Shown here: positions 18,186 to 27,591 of the stretch, one piece after another
How the letters are laid out: every line of letters starts with the position of its first letter
Position numbering within the stretch: position 1 is the stretch's first letter
Assembly: GCA_045651685.1 (NCBI GenBank)
Contig: JAZRSV010000020.1
Span: 4,449-68,448 of the forward strand
From: Clostridia bacterium
GTDB lineage: Bacteria > Bacillota > Clostridia > Christensenellales > UBA1242
DNA length: 64,000 bases
Reading direction: 5' to 3'
Translations under genes and position numbers: made by a program
The notes under the pieces: generated by a model
What the model saw: the letters and a program-made list of their open reading frames with translations, nothing else
The model's database searches: none
What the model was told of the DNA's origin: nothing

Positions 18186-18213
18186 GTTGACAAACTACTA
18201 CTTTATGATATAA
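18186..18213 (+). promoter_or_regulatory. Strong sigma-A promoter of the yjjX-like leader
   Basis: TTGACA (18186-18191), a 16-nt spacer ending in TGA, then TATAAT (18208-18213). Confidence 0.7.
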
Positions 18214-18279
18214 TCATAGTGCGTAATCCCTATACCATTCCGGATTGATAAACGCGTGGGATCTTCTATAACTTTTTAG

Positions 18280-18343
18280 AACTTCTTATGAATGGGCAAA
18301 AACAACTTATGCTGTTTTTTGTTTATTCGTAAGAAGTTTTTTT
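18280..18343 (+). terminator. Intrinsic terminator inside the 5' leader (attenuator / riboswitch expression platform)
   Basis: AACTTCTTATGAAT (18280-18293) pairs with ATTCGTAAGAAGTT (18325-18338), giving 14 bp with one G-U. A T-run follows, and the structure ends 33 nt before the start codon. Confidence 0.65.
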
Positions 18344-18376
18344 AACAGCAAAAAAAAGTAAAGGGAGAATAAAAAT

Positions 18377-18928
18377 ATGAAAGTACTAATCGGAACAAAA
18401 AATCCAGGAAAAATCGAGGGGGCAAAAAGAGCTTTTGAACACTACTTTGAAGATGTCGAAGTAATAGGTATCAAAGCAGCATCTGATGTTAGCGAGCAAC
18501 CAGTAGGTCAAGAAACATTGCAAGGCGCAAAAAACAGAGTAGACAACCTAATGAAGTTTGCTCAAGAAAATGGCATACCTGCAGACTACTTTGTAGCTGT
18601 AGAGTCAGGCATAACACAAGACCTTGGCTTTTGGTCAATAACCAATATTGCCGTTATCAAAAATGCTCTTGGCGAAACAGGCATAGGCGCAAGTGAGAGC
18701 TTCCCTGTACCTAACAAGTATGTAGACACTATTATCAAAGACACTCTTGCACCTGTTATGGACAAAATTTTTGAAGAGTCTGACTTAAGAAGTTCTACTG
18801 GTGGCATCGGCCTACTTACCCATGATGTTCTTACAAGAATAGACATCACTACACATGCTTTTGTTATGGCACTTACACCATTTGTTAACAAAAACTTGTG
18901 GAAAGACGAACCAGAAATAACACAATAA
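18377..18928 (+). CDS. yjjX: YjjX-family non-canonical purine NTP phosphatase (inosine/xanthosine triphosphatase)
   Basis: KVLIGTKNPGKIEGAKRAF ... SEQPVGQETLQGAKNRV ... FVAVESGI is collinear with E. coli YjjX motifs. Confidence 0.78.
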   Translation: MKVLIGTKNPGKIEGAKRAFEHYFEDVEVIGIKAASDVSEQPVGQETLQGAKNRVDNLMKFAQENGIPADYFVAVESGITQDLGFWSITNIAVIKNALGETGIGASESFPVPNKYVDTIIKDTLAPVMDKIFEESDLRSSTGGIGLLTHDVLTRIDITTHAFVMALTPFVNKNLWKDEPEITQ

Positions 18929-18931
18929 TAC

Positions 18932-18961
18932 AAAAACCTCGGATAGTCTCCGAGGTTTTTT
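18932..18961 (+). terminator. Intrinsic terminator of yjjX
   Basis: CCTCGGA (18937-43) pairs with TCCGAGG (18949-55), followed by T6. Confidence 0.8.
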
Positions 18962-18966
18962 GATAA

Positions 18967-19152
18967 AAACATTTTTTGCCAAAGGTCGGTGTTGGTTATG
19001 TTATGCACATATCACGAGACGGATACTTTTTCAAAGATGGTTCTAACGGTCAATACATAATTGTTAACTTCGAAAAAGATATCATTATCACTATATTATC
19101 AAGCGAAAGCGATATGAGTTGTGTGACAGAAATTTTAAGAAATCTTATTTAA
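18967..19152 (+). pseudogene. C-terminal remnant of a serine hydrolase / beta-lactamase-related gene
   Basis: An open frame with no start or SD encodes ...GVGYVMHISRDGYFFKDGSNGQYIIVNFEKDIIITILSSES.... This resembles the C-terminal strands of class C beta-lactamase-like proteins. It begins right after the yjjX terminator. Confidence 0.35.
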
Positions 19153-19163
19153 TATTTTTAAGC

Positions 19164-19198
19164 AAAAAAAACAACCTAAAATTTAGGTTGTTTTTTTA
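19164..19198. terminator. Bidirectional terminator
   Basis: ACAACCTAAA (19171-80) pairs with TTTAGGTTGT (19182-91), flanked by A and T runs. Confidence 0.75.
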
Positions 19199-22100
19199 TT
19201 AAAAACCTTTTTTGCGTTTTTTTACAGCTACAATAATTATTATTGTCACTATCAACACTACTGCGCCGCCGCCTGCAGCAATATAAATTATCATCATATT
19301 GTTGCCAGCAGGAGCTGTAGGTTCTGGTGTTGTTTCTACTGCGAAGTGTGCTACAAATACTGTATCATCTACTACTGCTGGTAGTGATGTATATACTTGA
19401 GAGGCGCCTTCGATAGTCCAACCGTCAAAAGTATATTTTACCTTTTCGGTATTTTGTCTAGTTGGTATTTCGCCATCATATACAGGTTTCTCATTGTATG
19501 TCAACTCTTGAGTTGTTATAACTGTGTCGCCATCTTTGAAGATGATAGTATAGTATCTAACATCTCTTGCAAATGTAGCTGTTATTGTTAAGTTTTCTTC
19601 TACAGTATCTTGTAGACCTTGCCACTCTACAAAGTTATAAACATGTGTTGCAGTTTGTTGTGTAGGTAGCGCACTAACTAAAGTTGTGCCTATAACAACT
19701 TGATTGCCTTGCACGGTTATTGGAGTGCCATACTTAACGCCTTCTGCTTTGTTAATATCTACATTGCCATAAGCTGTATTGTCAGAAACAAATGCTATCT
19801 CATGCAATGTAAGGCGATAATAAACTTTAAGCACCAAAGAACCATTAGCAGCTATGACACCTTGTGTCGCATTTTGTGTGTTAGTGTCATCAAATACATA
19901 ACCTGTTTTGGTCAACACATCAGCAGTGATCAAAGAATCTGTCACACCTTGTAGTCTTTGTGTTTTTGATGTATCTTGTATAAAGCCACCTTGTAGGTTT
20001 TCGTAATAATGTCTTACAACATATTGAGTATCATCTCTACCAACAAACATAGCTGTTATTGTAGCATGGCCATAGTTGCCTGGTTGCCATTCAAAATCTT
20101 CGTCTACAGTCCAGCTACCATTAGAATGAGTTATAACCCATTTGTCAAACCTATAACCTTGAGCTGCTTCAAACACTGGCAAATCTGATAGTAGTGTTGT
20201 TAGTTCGATATTGTAGTCATAGTCAACAGGAGATCCATTGCCATGGGTACCTGCCTTAAATGTTAACTTATAAGTTATTATTTCGTATCTTGGTGTTAAT
20301 GTAACATTTCCAGTCATGCCTGTACCAACCTCAAAGGTTTCGATTGTTGTACCTCCGAAACGGGTTTGCCATGCTGCATTGTATGAGTTAGCAACAAATG
20401 TATAATGTGTTAGAGTGTATCCATCTTTGATATGATCAGGCAACTCAATGTTTGTTGTCACATTGTATTTTATTGTGATAGGTTCGTCTGCATTGATAGT
20501 CACTGTATATTCTCTATATGCTGCAGAAGCAACGATTTTTATATCGCCTACAGCAGCTGCTTGATATAGTTGAATATAACCACCAGCAGTGCTTACAGCA
20601 TAGCCAGTTTCGATCAAAACATCATCAACATAAACTTGTACAGTGTTAGTTGTAGGATATGTATATTGTACACTATCCCAAAGTAGAGTTAGAGGTATTT
20701 TTAGACCTGTTTTGTACTCGATCTTTGTATAATCTGTTTCGCCATCTTCTGTTATTTCTACACCAGTAAGCTCGTAAGTGATGTCAAAAGCATTTAGTCT
20801 ACCCTCTGCAATAATTTCTAAATCGCCAGCGATAGAGCCTGCTTCGAAGAATAGTCTATTAGAAGTTGCAGCTTTTGTAAAAGTCACATCATCCTCTACA
20901 CCATCTACCTTAAATGTTATATAATCTACATTTAGGTGATAGTCATCGGTGTTTGGTTGTAGATATACATAAAATGGTTCGCCATATAGAGTACTATATG
21001 GGTCATATACTCTGCTGTATACTGTTGCAGATTGTTCTGTTAAGTTTGTTAAAGTATACTTAATGGTATAAGTATCTCTATCGTAAAATAGAACATATAC
21101 TTCTGTACCATAGCCTTGCAAAGTATGTGTTAACACATTGTCCTTGTGGGTACTGTTAAATGTAAAACCTCTTAAGTCTGCAGGGGTTTCGGTTATAGTA
21201 TTCCAAGTTGTGCCAGAGCCTACTACAATATTTTCTGGCAACAATTCATAAGAATCACCAGATAAAGTTTCTGTCCAATATTCGATTGTGTATTGACTTT
21301 GAAGAGCATTATAAACGGCAGTTAGTGTCACATCACCATAATTTTCTGCCTTCCAGCTAAAGGTCTCTCCTGCTACCCAAGAACCAACACTTTCTTTAAC
21401 TTGCCAACAAGCAAATTCATAACCATCATTTAGAGTTGTTGGAGTTTCTAAAGTTGGCATTGTTGTGTCTAAATATGTATAGTGATAATAAGTATTTGAT
21501 AAATTACCAAAATCTGTTACTTCAAGATTGATTGTATACAAATGTAACATAAAGTCTGGTCTTAATGTGATATTGCCATATTCGCTAGGAGAATATATAA
21601 ATATCGATTCTTGATCCCAAGATCCATCTGATTCAACTACCTTCCAAGCATCAAATTCCCAATGATCATCAATATCAATTGTTGGCAAAACAATAGTTGG
21701 TTGTCCGGCAGTATATTCTATAGGTGTCATGTCATAAGTACCATGCTCACCCGCTACAAAGGTAATAGTATATTTTACTTCTTCGTATTGAGCAACTACT
21801 ACGACATCTCCATAAGAACCTACTCCACCCCAAACATAATCGCCAGCTGTCCAGCTACCAACAGGTTCTTGAATAACCCATTTTGTAAATACAAATTGTG
21901 CTGGAGCTGTTGGAGTCTCAAGGTCTTGCATAGTTTCGGTCTCTACAGTATAGTAAAATACTGTCGGACCAGTAAGAGATCCAAACAATGGATCTAAAGT
22001 TATAGTATATCTAGTAAGTTCGTATATAGCAGTGACATCTACATTGCCGTAGTTGCCAGAAGAATTTATTGCAAAGTCTTCGCCTACTACCCAAGAACTA

Positions 22101-24001
22101 TCTGCATCAGTGCTAGTGATTTGCCATTTTACAAAAGTATAATGCTCATCTGGAGTTGGTACTGGCAAGGTAAACGATGAAGAGGTGACCTTATATGTGC
22201 CTCTAGTGATTGATGTAGAGCCATGAAGTCCTGCAGAAAAGTTAATGTTGTAGTTATTTGTTTGATAAGCTGGATTAAGCGAAATACTTCCATAACTGCC
22301 AGCTACCCAAGTATATGTAGATCCATCTTGCCAAGAAGTTTGGGAAATGATCGATGTTACTGTTATTCTCCAATAGCTAAGAGCATAACCTTTTTTTACA
22401 GAAATGATTACATCTTTCATAGGATCTTCTACTGTTTCTCTAGTATAAGTCACTTGTGTTACAGAAGTTGTCACGATAGAGTTCTGTTTAATATTTATTG
22501 TATATTCGGTTGGTATTGCTCTAGCAACAATTTTTAGTTCGCTACACAAAGTTGCTGCTTTGTTAAGAGTTAGCTTATATGCAGAAGATGATATTGACCA
22601 CCCACTTGTTAACTCTACACCGTCAGCGATAACCTTAAAATATTCTCTATCAGTATTAGCAGGCTTGCTATAACCTATGTCTTCGACATATGTTAATATC
22701 ATGTTCAAACCAGTAGTATTATATGTCCAAGTTGTAGGAGCACTATCTATAGTAAATCTGTTAAGATCATATGTTATGTTGATAGTTGTTGTGACAGACT
22801 TTGCTGTTATCTCAATGTCTCCATCAATAATGCCACTTTTGATCCAAAGTCTGTTGCTTGTTGAAGCTACCTCATAATTTTCTTTAATATTTTCTAATAC
22901 AACACCATTTATCTTAATAACAATTTGGTCTTTTAGTAGTCTGTAGTCCTCATGTATAGGATTTAATACTACATACCAAGTATTACCTTGCAATACTTGC
23001 AATGGATCGTATGTGATAGAACCAGCATAAGCTGAATATTCTGTATCTGTTAAGTTGTATGTGATGTGTGCAACTTTTTGAGAACCATTTATATGTACAC
23101 AAAGAACATCTGTCACTTTGTCAGCAGGTATAGTCACGCGACCTGTTGCTTTGTCCCAGATAAAATCTTCTTCTGCCATAAATTCGCCATCACTAGTTGC
23201 GTATGTTATTGCTATTGTATCTGGCAACTCATAAAATTTTTCTGCTGTAACAGTAAAAGATATTTCTTGGCCTAAAGTAATTGCAATATCTTCTTGATCT
23301 GAAGTCACGCGACTAAAGAATGTTTTTAACACTAATGGTTGAGCGTTCCAGATAATTTCGACATTGCCTGTTACATATTGGTTTTTTAATACAACAGTAC
23401 CGGTACTTCTATCATATGTATAAGCTTCGGGATTGTCTAAAAGGCTTACACCACCTACGGCAATTTCGTAAGGAGCTGGATACAAGATAGAGCCTGCAGG
23501 TGCAGAAAACTTTGCACCAACCTGACCAAATCTTTCGATATACATTAAGTCAGACTCGACAATAGCACTAGATGATGTAATTTCTACACTATAGATAGTA
23601 GGTGTCATTTTTGATCTGCAAGATATCTCAATGTCACCAGTTATAGCGTCACCACTAATTATCAATGTACCATTGTAAGAGTCAAAGGTATAAGCATCGC
23701 TAACACTGCCACCAATCATGACAGATATAGACTCATGGTCAAGCTCAACATAACCGGCTCCAAAATCGATATCCATATCAATAGCAAAATCAACACCATT
23801 TGTTGCTGTCATGTGTGATTCTTGATCAACAATGTTAATACCTGTTAGATTATAGGTTACTGTATATGATTCGCCTGCAGCATAGGCACTGCTCGAAGTT
23901 TTTAAGCTAATAAAACTTGCAGCACCAACCATAGATGCTAATAAAAATACGGCTATCAAAAATAAATTAAGTCTCTTATTTAGACTTTTTAATAGTCTCA
24001 T
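19199..24001 (-). CDS. Giant (1600 aa) modular surface protein with Listeria-Bacteroides-type repeats (YxFxxW beta modules) and a C-terminal membrane anchor
   Basis: Start moved to the ATG at 24001 (MRLLKSL), after a GAGGAGGA SD. N-terminal signal peptide. At least 7 modules of the type Y.I.F.AG.HG...Y.F.KW.V..GSW. The C-terminus is MMIIYIAAGGGAVVLIVTIIIIVAVKKRKKGF. Confidence 0.8.
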   Translation of the reverse strand: MRLLKSLNKRLNLFLIAVFLLASMVGAASFISLKTSSSAYAAGESYTVTYNLTGINIVDQESHMTATNGVDFAIDMDIDFGAGYVELDHESISVMIGGSVSDAYTFDSYNGTLIISGDAITGDIEISCRSKMTPTIYSVEITSSSAIVESDLMYIERFGQVGAKFSAPAGSILYPAPYEIAVGGVSLLDNPEAYTYDRSTGTVVLKNQYVTGNVEIIWNAQPLVLKTFFSRVTSDQEDIAITLGQEISFTVTAEKFYELPDTIAITYATSDGEFMAEEDFIWDKATGRVTIPADKVTDVLCVHINGSQKVAHITYNLTDTEYSAYAGSITYDPLQVLQGNTWYVVLNPIHEDYRLLKDQIVIKINGVVLENIKENYEVASTSNRLWIKSGIIDGDIEITAKSVTTTINITYDLNRFTIDSAPTTWTYNTTGLNMILTYVEDIGYSKPANTDREYFKVIADGVELTSGWSISSSAYKLTLNKAATLCSELKIVARAIPTEYTINIKQNSIVTTSVTQVTYTRETVEDPMKDVIISVKKGYALSYWRITVTSIISQTSWQDGSTYTWVAGSYGSISLNPAYQTNNYNINFSAGLHGSTSITRGTYKVTSSSFTLPVPTPDEHYTFVKWQITSTDADSSWVVGEDFAINSSGNYGNVDVTAIYELTRYTITLDPLFGSLTGPTVFYYTVETETMQDLETPTAPAQFVFTKWVIQEPVGSWTAGDYVWGGVGSYGDVVVVAQYEEVKYTITFVAGEHGTYDMTPIEYTAGQPTIVLPTIDIDDHWEFDAWKVVESDGSWDQESIFIYSPSEYGNITLRPDFMLHLYTINLEVTDFGNLSNTYYHYTYLDTTMPTLETPTTLNDGYEFACWQVKESVGSWVAGETFSWKAENYGDVTLTAVYNALQSQYTIEYWTETLSGDSYELLPENIVVGSGTTWNTITETPADLRGFTFNSTHKDNVLTHTLQGYGTEVYVLFYDRDTYTIKYTLTNLTEQSATVYSRVYDPYSTLYGEPFYVYLQPNTDDYHLNVDYITFKVDGVEDDVTFTKAATSNRLFFEAGSIAGDLEIIAEGRLNAFDITYELTGVEITEDGETDYTKIEYKTGLKIPLTLLWDSVQYTYPTTNTVQVYVDDVLIETGYAVSTAGGYIQLYQAAAVGDIKIVASAAYREYTVTINADEPITIKYNVTTNIELPDHIKDGYTLTHYTFVANSYNAAWQTRFGGTTIETFEVGTGMTGNVTLTPRYEIITYKLTFKAGTHGNGSPVDYDYNIELTTLLSDLPVFEAAQGYRFDKWVITHSNGSWTVDEDFEWQPGNYGHATITAMFVGRDDTQYVVRHYYENLQGGFIQDTSKTQRLQGVTDSLITADVLTKTGYVFDDTNTQNATQGVIAANGSLVLKVYYRLTLHEIAFVSDNTAYGNVDINKAEGVKYGTPITVQGNQVVIGTTLVSALPTQQTATHVYNFVEWQGLQDTVEENLTITATFARDVRYYTIIFKDGDTVITTQELTYNEKPVYDGEIPTRQNTEKVKYTFDGWTIEGASQVYTSLPAVVDDTVFVAHFAVETTPEPTAPAGNNMMIIYIAAGGGAVVLIVTIIIIVAVKKRKKGF

Positions 24002-24099
24002 TTTTATCCTCCTCACTAGATGTATATATTATATTTATATAATAACTAATTTTACATATATTAGGCAACCAAATAGCTCCTAAAAGTTAGTTATTTTTA

Positions 24100-24618
24100 T
24101 TATAGTTTATTAAAACTTTGTTTTGCTTGATATATTAGTTGTGAGACATATTTGCTTTTTATCTCTCTATACATCGCTCTATCGGTCGAGATAAGATTGA
24201 TAATTTGCTTTTTGTGGTCAGAATAGGCTTGGGCCTTGGTAGGATTGGCAAGCAAATAATCTCGCAAAATAACAAACTCGTTATACCTATCTGTACCAAT
24301 TACAACCAAATGTATATGCACATCTCCATCACCAGTTTCGCTCTGGCTAGATGCAAAAAATTGGTATATATCTGTTTTGCTTTTTTGGCTGCCAAAATAA
24401 CCGTTTTGTTCTAGCACTTTGGCAAACTCATCTAGCTGTACGCTACTGTCTACCCCTAGCAAAACATCAATTATATTTTTGCCATACATATTGGGTATTG
24501 CTGTAGAACCAACATGCTCTACACAAACATTTTTGCCAAATATATCTTGCAATTTTTGTTGTATTAAAAGGTATAGCTTTTTGTTTTTTGCATAGTTTTG
24601 TTTTTTTAATTTTACCAT
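24100..24618 (-). CDS. GrpB-family (nucleotidyltransferase-fold) protein
   Basis: VEHVGSTAIPNMYGKNIIDVLLGV and HIHLV are typical of GrpB. Confidence 0.75.
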   Translation of the reverse strand: MVKLKKQNYAKNKKLYLLIQQKLQDIFGKNVCVEHVGSTAIPNMYGKNIIDVLLGVDSSVQLDEFAKVLEQNGYFGSQKSKTDIYQFFASSQSETGDGDVHIHLVVIGTDRYNEFVILRDYLLANPTKAQAYSDHKKQIINLISTDRAMYREIKSKYVSQLIYQAKQSFNKL

Positions 24619-24788
24619 AACAACCTCTTACGGCTTTAGTATACCAGTTTTTTTATTTAATGTCATACTAATAGCGCCCTTATATAGAATATAAGAGTCA
24701 AAATTGATATTAAAGTTATTATATAAAGTTTGCTATAAAATCTGTCTTGTGTTAAAATGTTTTATATAAAAAAGGGGATATTTTTGTT

Positions 24789-25934
24789 ATGGACGAAATA
24801 AAACCATCAACCAGCAATGGTAGCGCAAAAAGTCTTAAATGTTCTAACTGCGGTTCTTCAAACTTTATACAAAGTTCTTACGAAGTATTTAAGTGTGCAT
24901 ATTGCGGTTCGACTGTACAACTAACCAACGACTTACGAGACAAGTTTATATCTAACATAGATGTCGCTGGCAAATCTAACGACACATTGCATCTGATACA
25001 AGCAACCAAGTCAGAAGAAGATTTTATCAAAGAATCTCTTATCTCACTAGGTATGAATCCTGACACTCCAGACGATGTTTTGCAAGCTGCTTTTGGCGAA
25101 GTAAAGACAAACTATTCTTACTACCTAGCATTAGAAGTAGAATATAATGTTATAAAAATTTCTAGCAAGGCAGAGCCATCTACTTTGCGCCAAGAAGAAA
25201 CTCTTGCCGATCCAGAGCAATCATCATCTTATCTAACTTGCGTCAAGGTGCCAGAAAAAGAAGTCACTCCACTATCTAGAGTATTGATGGAAGATCTTGA
25301 AGCAATAGATAAAAAGTTTGTGACAACATCTTTGACAAAAACAAAAGCAAAAGAATTAAAATTGCACATACCGGATAGACAGATTATTGACGAGGCAATT
25401 GATGAAAGAGTAGAACATATCAAACAAAGCGTATTTGGCAAAGTAAAAAATTCTAACATCACAATTGTGCCAACAATAAAGAAAATTGACCTATATATTG
25501 CTCCCGAATACTCGGTCGACTACGAATATCAGGGCAAAACATACACAATTAGGTCATTTGCGTACGATATCAGATCAGAAGAAGACCAACCGGTCGCTAA
25601 AAAAGCTTTGTCAAAAAGAGTGAAAAAAACATCCCTTTCTTGCGCATTGACATCAATGGCAATGTCAACTATTGCAATAATTTTTGCCCTAGTACATTTG
25701 TGTGTATTAAAAACTAAAAACTTCTTGCCAATTGATGCTACCTTAATCGTACTATCTCTTATAGTATTTGCAATAACAAAAATAATTAACAAAATTGTAA
25801 TTGTAAAACTTAAAAAGAATACTTTTGAGAAAAAGCGAAAGCAGGTATTTGCTCACTTTGCCCAAAACAAAGCCTTGCCTCAACTAACTAATATTGACAA
25901 GGCTACCGCAGATAATTGTGTGAGGTGGTATTAA
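24789..25934 (+). CDS. Hypothetical protein with N-terminal double-CxxC zinc ribbon and C-terminal TM segments
   Basis: CSNCGS ... CAYCGS near the N-terminus. Two hydrophobic helices near the C-terminus. GGGGA SD. Confidence 0.55.
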   Translation: MDEIKPSTSNGSAKSLKCSNCGSSNFIQSSYEVFKCAYCGSTVQLTNDLRDKFISNIDVAGKSNDTLHLIQATKSEEDFIKESLISLGMNPDTPDDVLQAAFGEVKTNYSYYLALEVEYNVIKISSKAEPSTLRQEETLADPEQSSSYLTCVKVPEKEVTPLSRVLMEDLEAIDKKFVTTSLTKTKAKELKLHIPDRQIIDEAIDERVEHIKQSVFGKVKNSNITIVPTIKKIDLYIAPEYSVDYEYQGKTYTIRSFAYDIRSEEDQPVAKKALSKRVKKTSLSCALTSMAMSTIAIIFALVHLCVLKTKNFLPIDATLIVLSLIVFAITKIINKIVIVKLKKNTFEKKRKQVFAHFAQNKALPQLTNIDKATADNCVRWY

Positions 25935-25935
25935 T

Positions 25936-27060
25936 ATGCAAAAGATAAGTAATATATTTGTTATAATTGCCATGGCATTATGTAGCATCGCAATGATTGC
26001 ATGCGCGGCAAAACCACTACCAGAAAGAATCTCGATAAAAGCTGCTTTTAATCAAACAGAACTTTATTTGCAAGATTCGGTTATGTCATTAGAAGCAATA
26101 ATTTATCCAGCAGAAGCAGAACATAACACCGAGGTGACATGGTCATCTTCTAACACAAATGTTGTGCAAGTAAATGATTTGGGATATTGCAAAGCGATTA
26201 GTTGTGGCACAGCAGTTATCACAGCAAAAACATCTAATAACAAAAAAGCTACATATACCATTACTGTATCAAACAAACCCGTAAACTCTGTATCAGTATC
26301 TGCAGAGTACACTCTTGTGACAGTTGGCAGTCAACAAAACTTGAGTGCTGTTGTAAAACCAAACGATGCTGCAGACAAAAATGTAGTATGGACCAGTTCT
26401 AACCCTGCCGTTATAGAGGTGACCGAAACAGGCGTCGCAACTGCAAAAAGTTTAGGCACTGCTACAATAACAGCAACTGCTGCAAGTGGCGTTTCTGACA
26501 GCATAACAATAACAGTAGCTAGCGAAGTACCAGTAGAATCATTATCATTAAACAAAACTGGACACGACTTGAGACTTTACTCTTCTTACACATTAAGCTA
26601 CACTGCCTACCCAACTAATGCAACAAATACAGAAGTGACTTGGCATAGTTCTGATCCAACCACTGTAGAAGTTGACCAAAATGGTAAAATAACAGCTCTA
26701 AAACCAGGCTCTGCAACAATAACAATAACCAGTAGCAATGGCAAAACAAAATCTTGTCATGTAAGCGTATACGAAGTGCACGCATCAAGAGTAGATATTA
26801 ATTTGGGCGGTGGCGTAAATCAAGAACTTAATAATCTAAAAGTTGGCGATACTTATAAACTAACTTACAAAGCTATAGCCGAAAACTGGCCAACAGGAGA
26901 CTCTGTTGTGACAGACATTGGTGTATGGTCAAGCTCTAATCATGAAGTAGCAACTATAGAGCAAGACGGTACTATAACAATACACGGCACAGGCATGACC
27001 ATAATAAAAGTTCAAGTTGGATCAAAAGAAAGTTCAATTCCACTTACTATTTATAGTTAA
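25936..27060 (+). CDS. Lipoprotein with four Big_2 (bacterial Ig-like group 2) domains
   Basis: Lipobox (AMIAC). The motif VTW(S/H)SS(N/D)..V..V...G...A...G.A.ITA occurs four times. Confidence 0.8.
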   Translation: MQKISNIFVIIAMALCSIAMIACAAKPLPERISIKAAFNQTELYLQDSVMSLEAIIYPAEAEHNTEVTWSSSNTNVVQVNDLGYCKAISCGTAVITAKTSNNKKATYTITVSNKPVNSVSVSAEYTLVTVGSQQNLSAVVKPNDAADKNVVWTSSNPAVIEVTETGVATAKSLGTATITATAASGVSDSITITVASEVPVESLSLNKTGHDLRLYSSYTLSYTAYPTNATNTEVTWHSSDPTTVEVDQNGKITALKPGSATITITSSNGKTKSCHVSVYEVHASRVDINLGGGVNQELNNLKVGDTYKLTYKAIAENWPTGDSVVTDIGVWSSSNHEVATIEQDGTITIHGTGMTIIKVQVGSKESSIPLTIYS

Positions 27061-27172
27061 ACATATAAAAAACAACCAGCAAAAATGGTTGTTTTTTTAT
27101 GACTGTTTTATAAAAATATTTTGCAAACATTTTTTTGTATGATAAAATATAATAAACAAAGGAGAAAATTAT

Positions 27173-27550
27173 ATGAAACAAAAATTTTATATTTGCGAAA
27201 CATGTGGACAAATGATAGCTATGGTAAAACCTACCGTTGTACCAGTAAAATGCTGTGGTCAAAACATGACAGAATTAGAAGCAAACACTTTTGAGGCTGC
27301 TACCGAAAAACATATACCAGTATACACTGTAGAAAATGGCAAAGTACATGTGACAGTTGGTTCTGTAGAACACCCTATGGGCGCAGACCATTATATTGAG
27401 TGGATTTCACTACAAACTAACAAAGGCAACCAAAGAAAAGTTCTTGCACCTAATGACAAACCTCAAGCTTGCTTTGCTATATGCGAAGGCGAAGAAGTAG
27501 AAGCAGTTTATGCTTATTGCAACCTACATAGCCTTTGGGTTAACAAATAA
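27173..27550 (+). CDS. dfx: Desulfoferrodoxin (class I superoxide reductase)
   Basis: N-terminal desulforedoxin Cys set (CETCGQ ... KCCGQ). SOR centre II ligands (KHIPV, HPM..DHYIEW, CNLHSLW). Confidence 0.88.
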   Translation: MKQKFYICETCGQMIAMVKPTVVPVKCCGQNMTELEANTFEAATEKHIPVYTVENGKVHVTVGSVEHPMGADHYIEWISLQTNKGNQRKVLAPNDKPQACFAICEGEEVEAVYAYCNLHSLWVNK

Positions 27551-27555
27551 TAATT

Positions 27556-27591
27556 AAAAAACACCTTGCAAACTGCAAGGTGTTTTTTTTT
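27556..27591. terminator. Bidirectional terminator
   Basis: ACACCTTGCA (27561-70) pairs with TGCAAGGTGT (27574-83), followed by T9. Confidence 0.8.
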
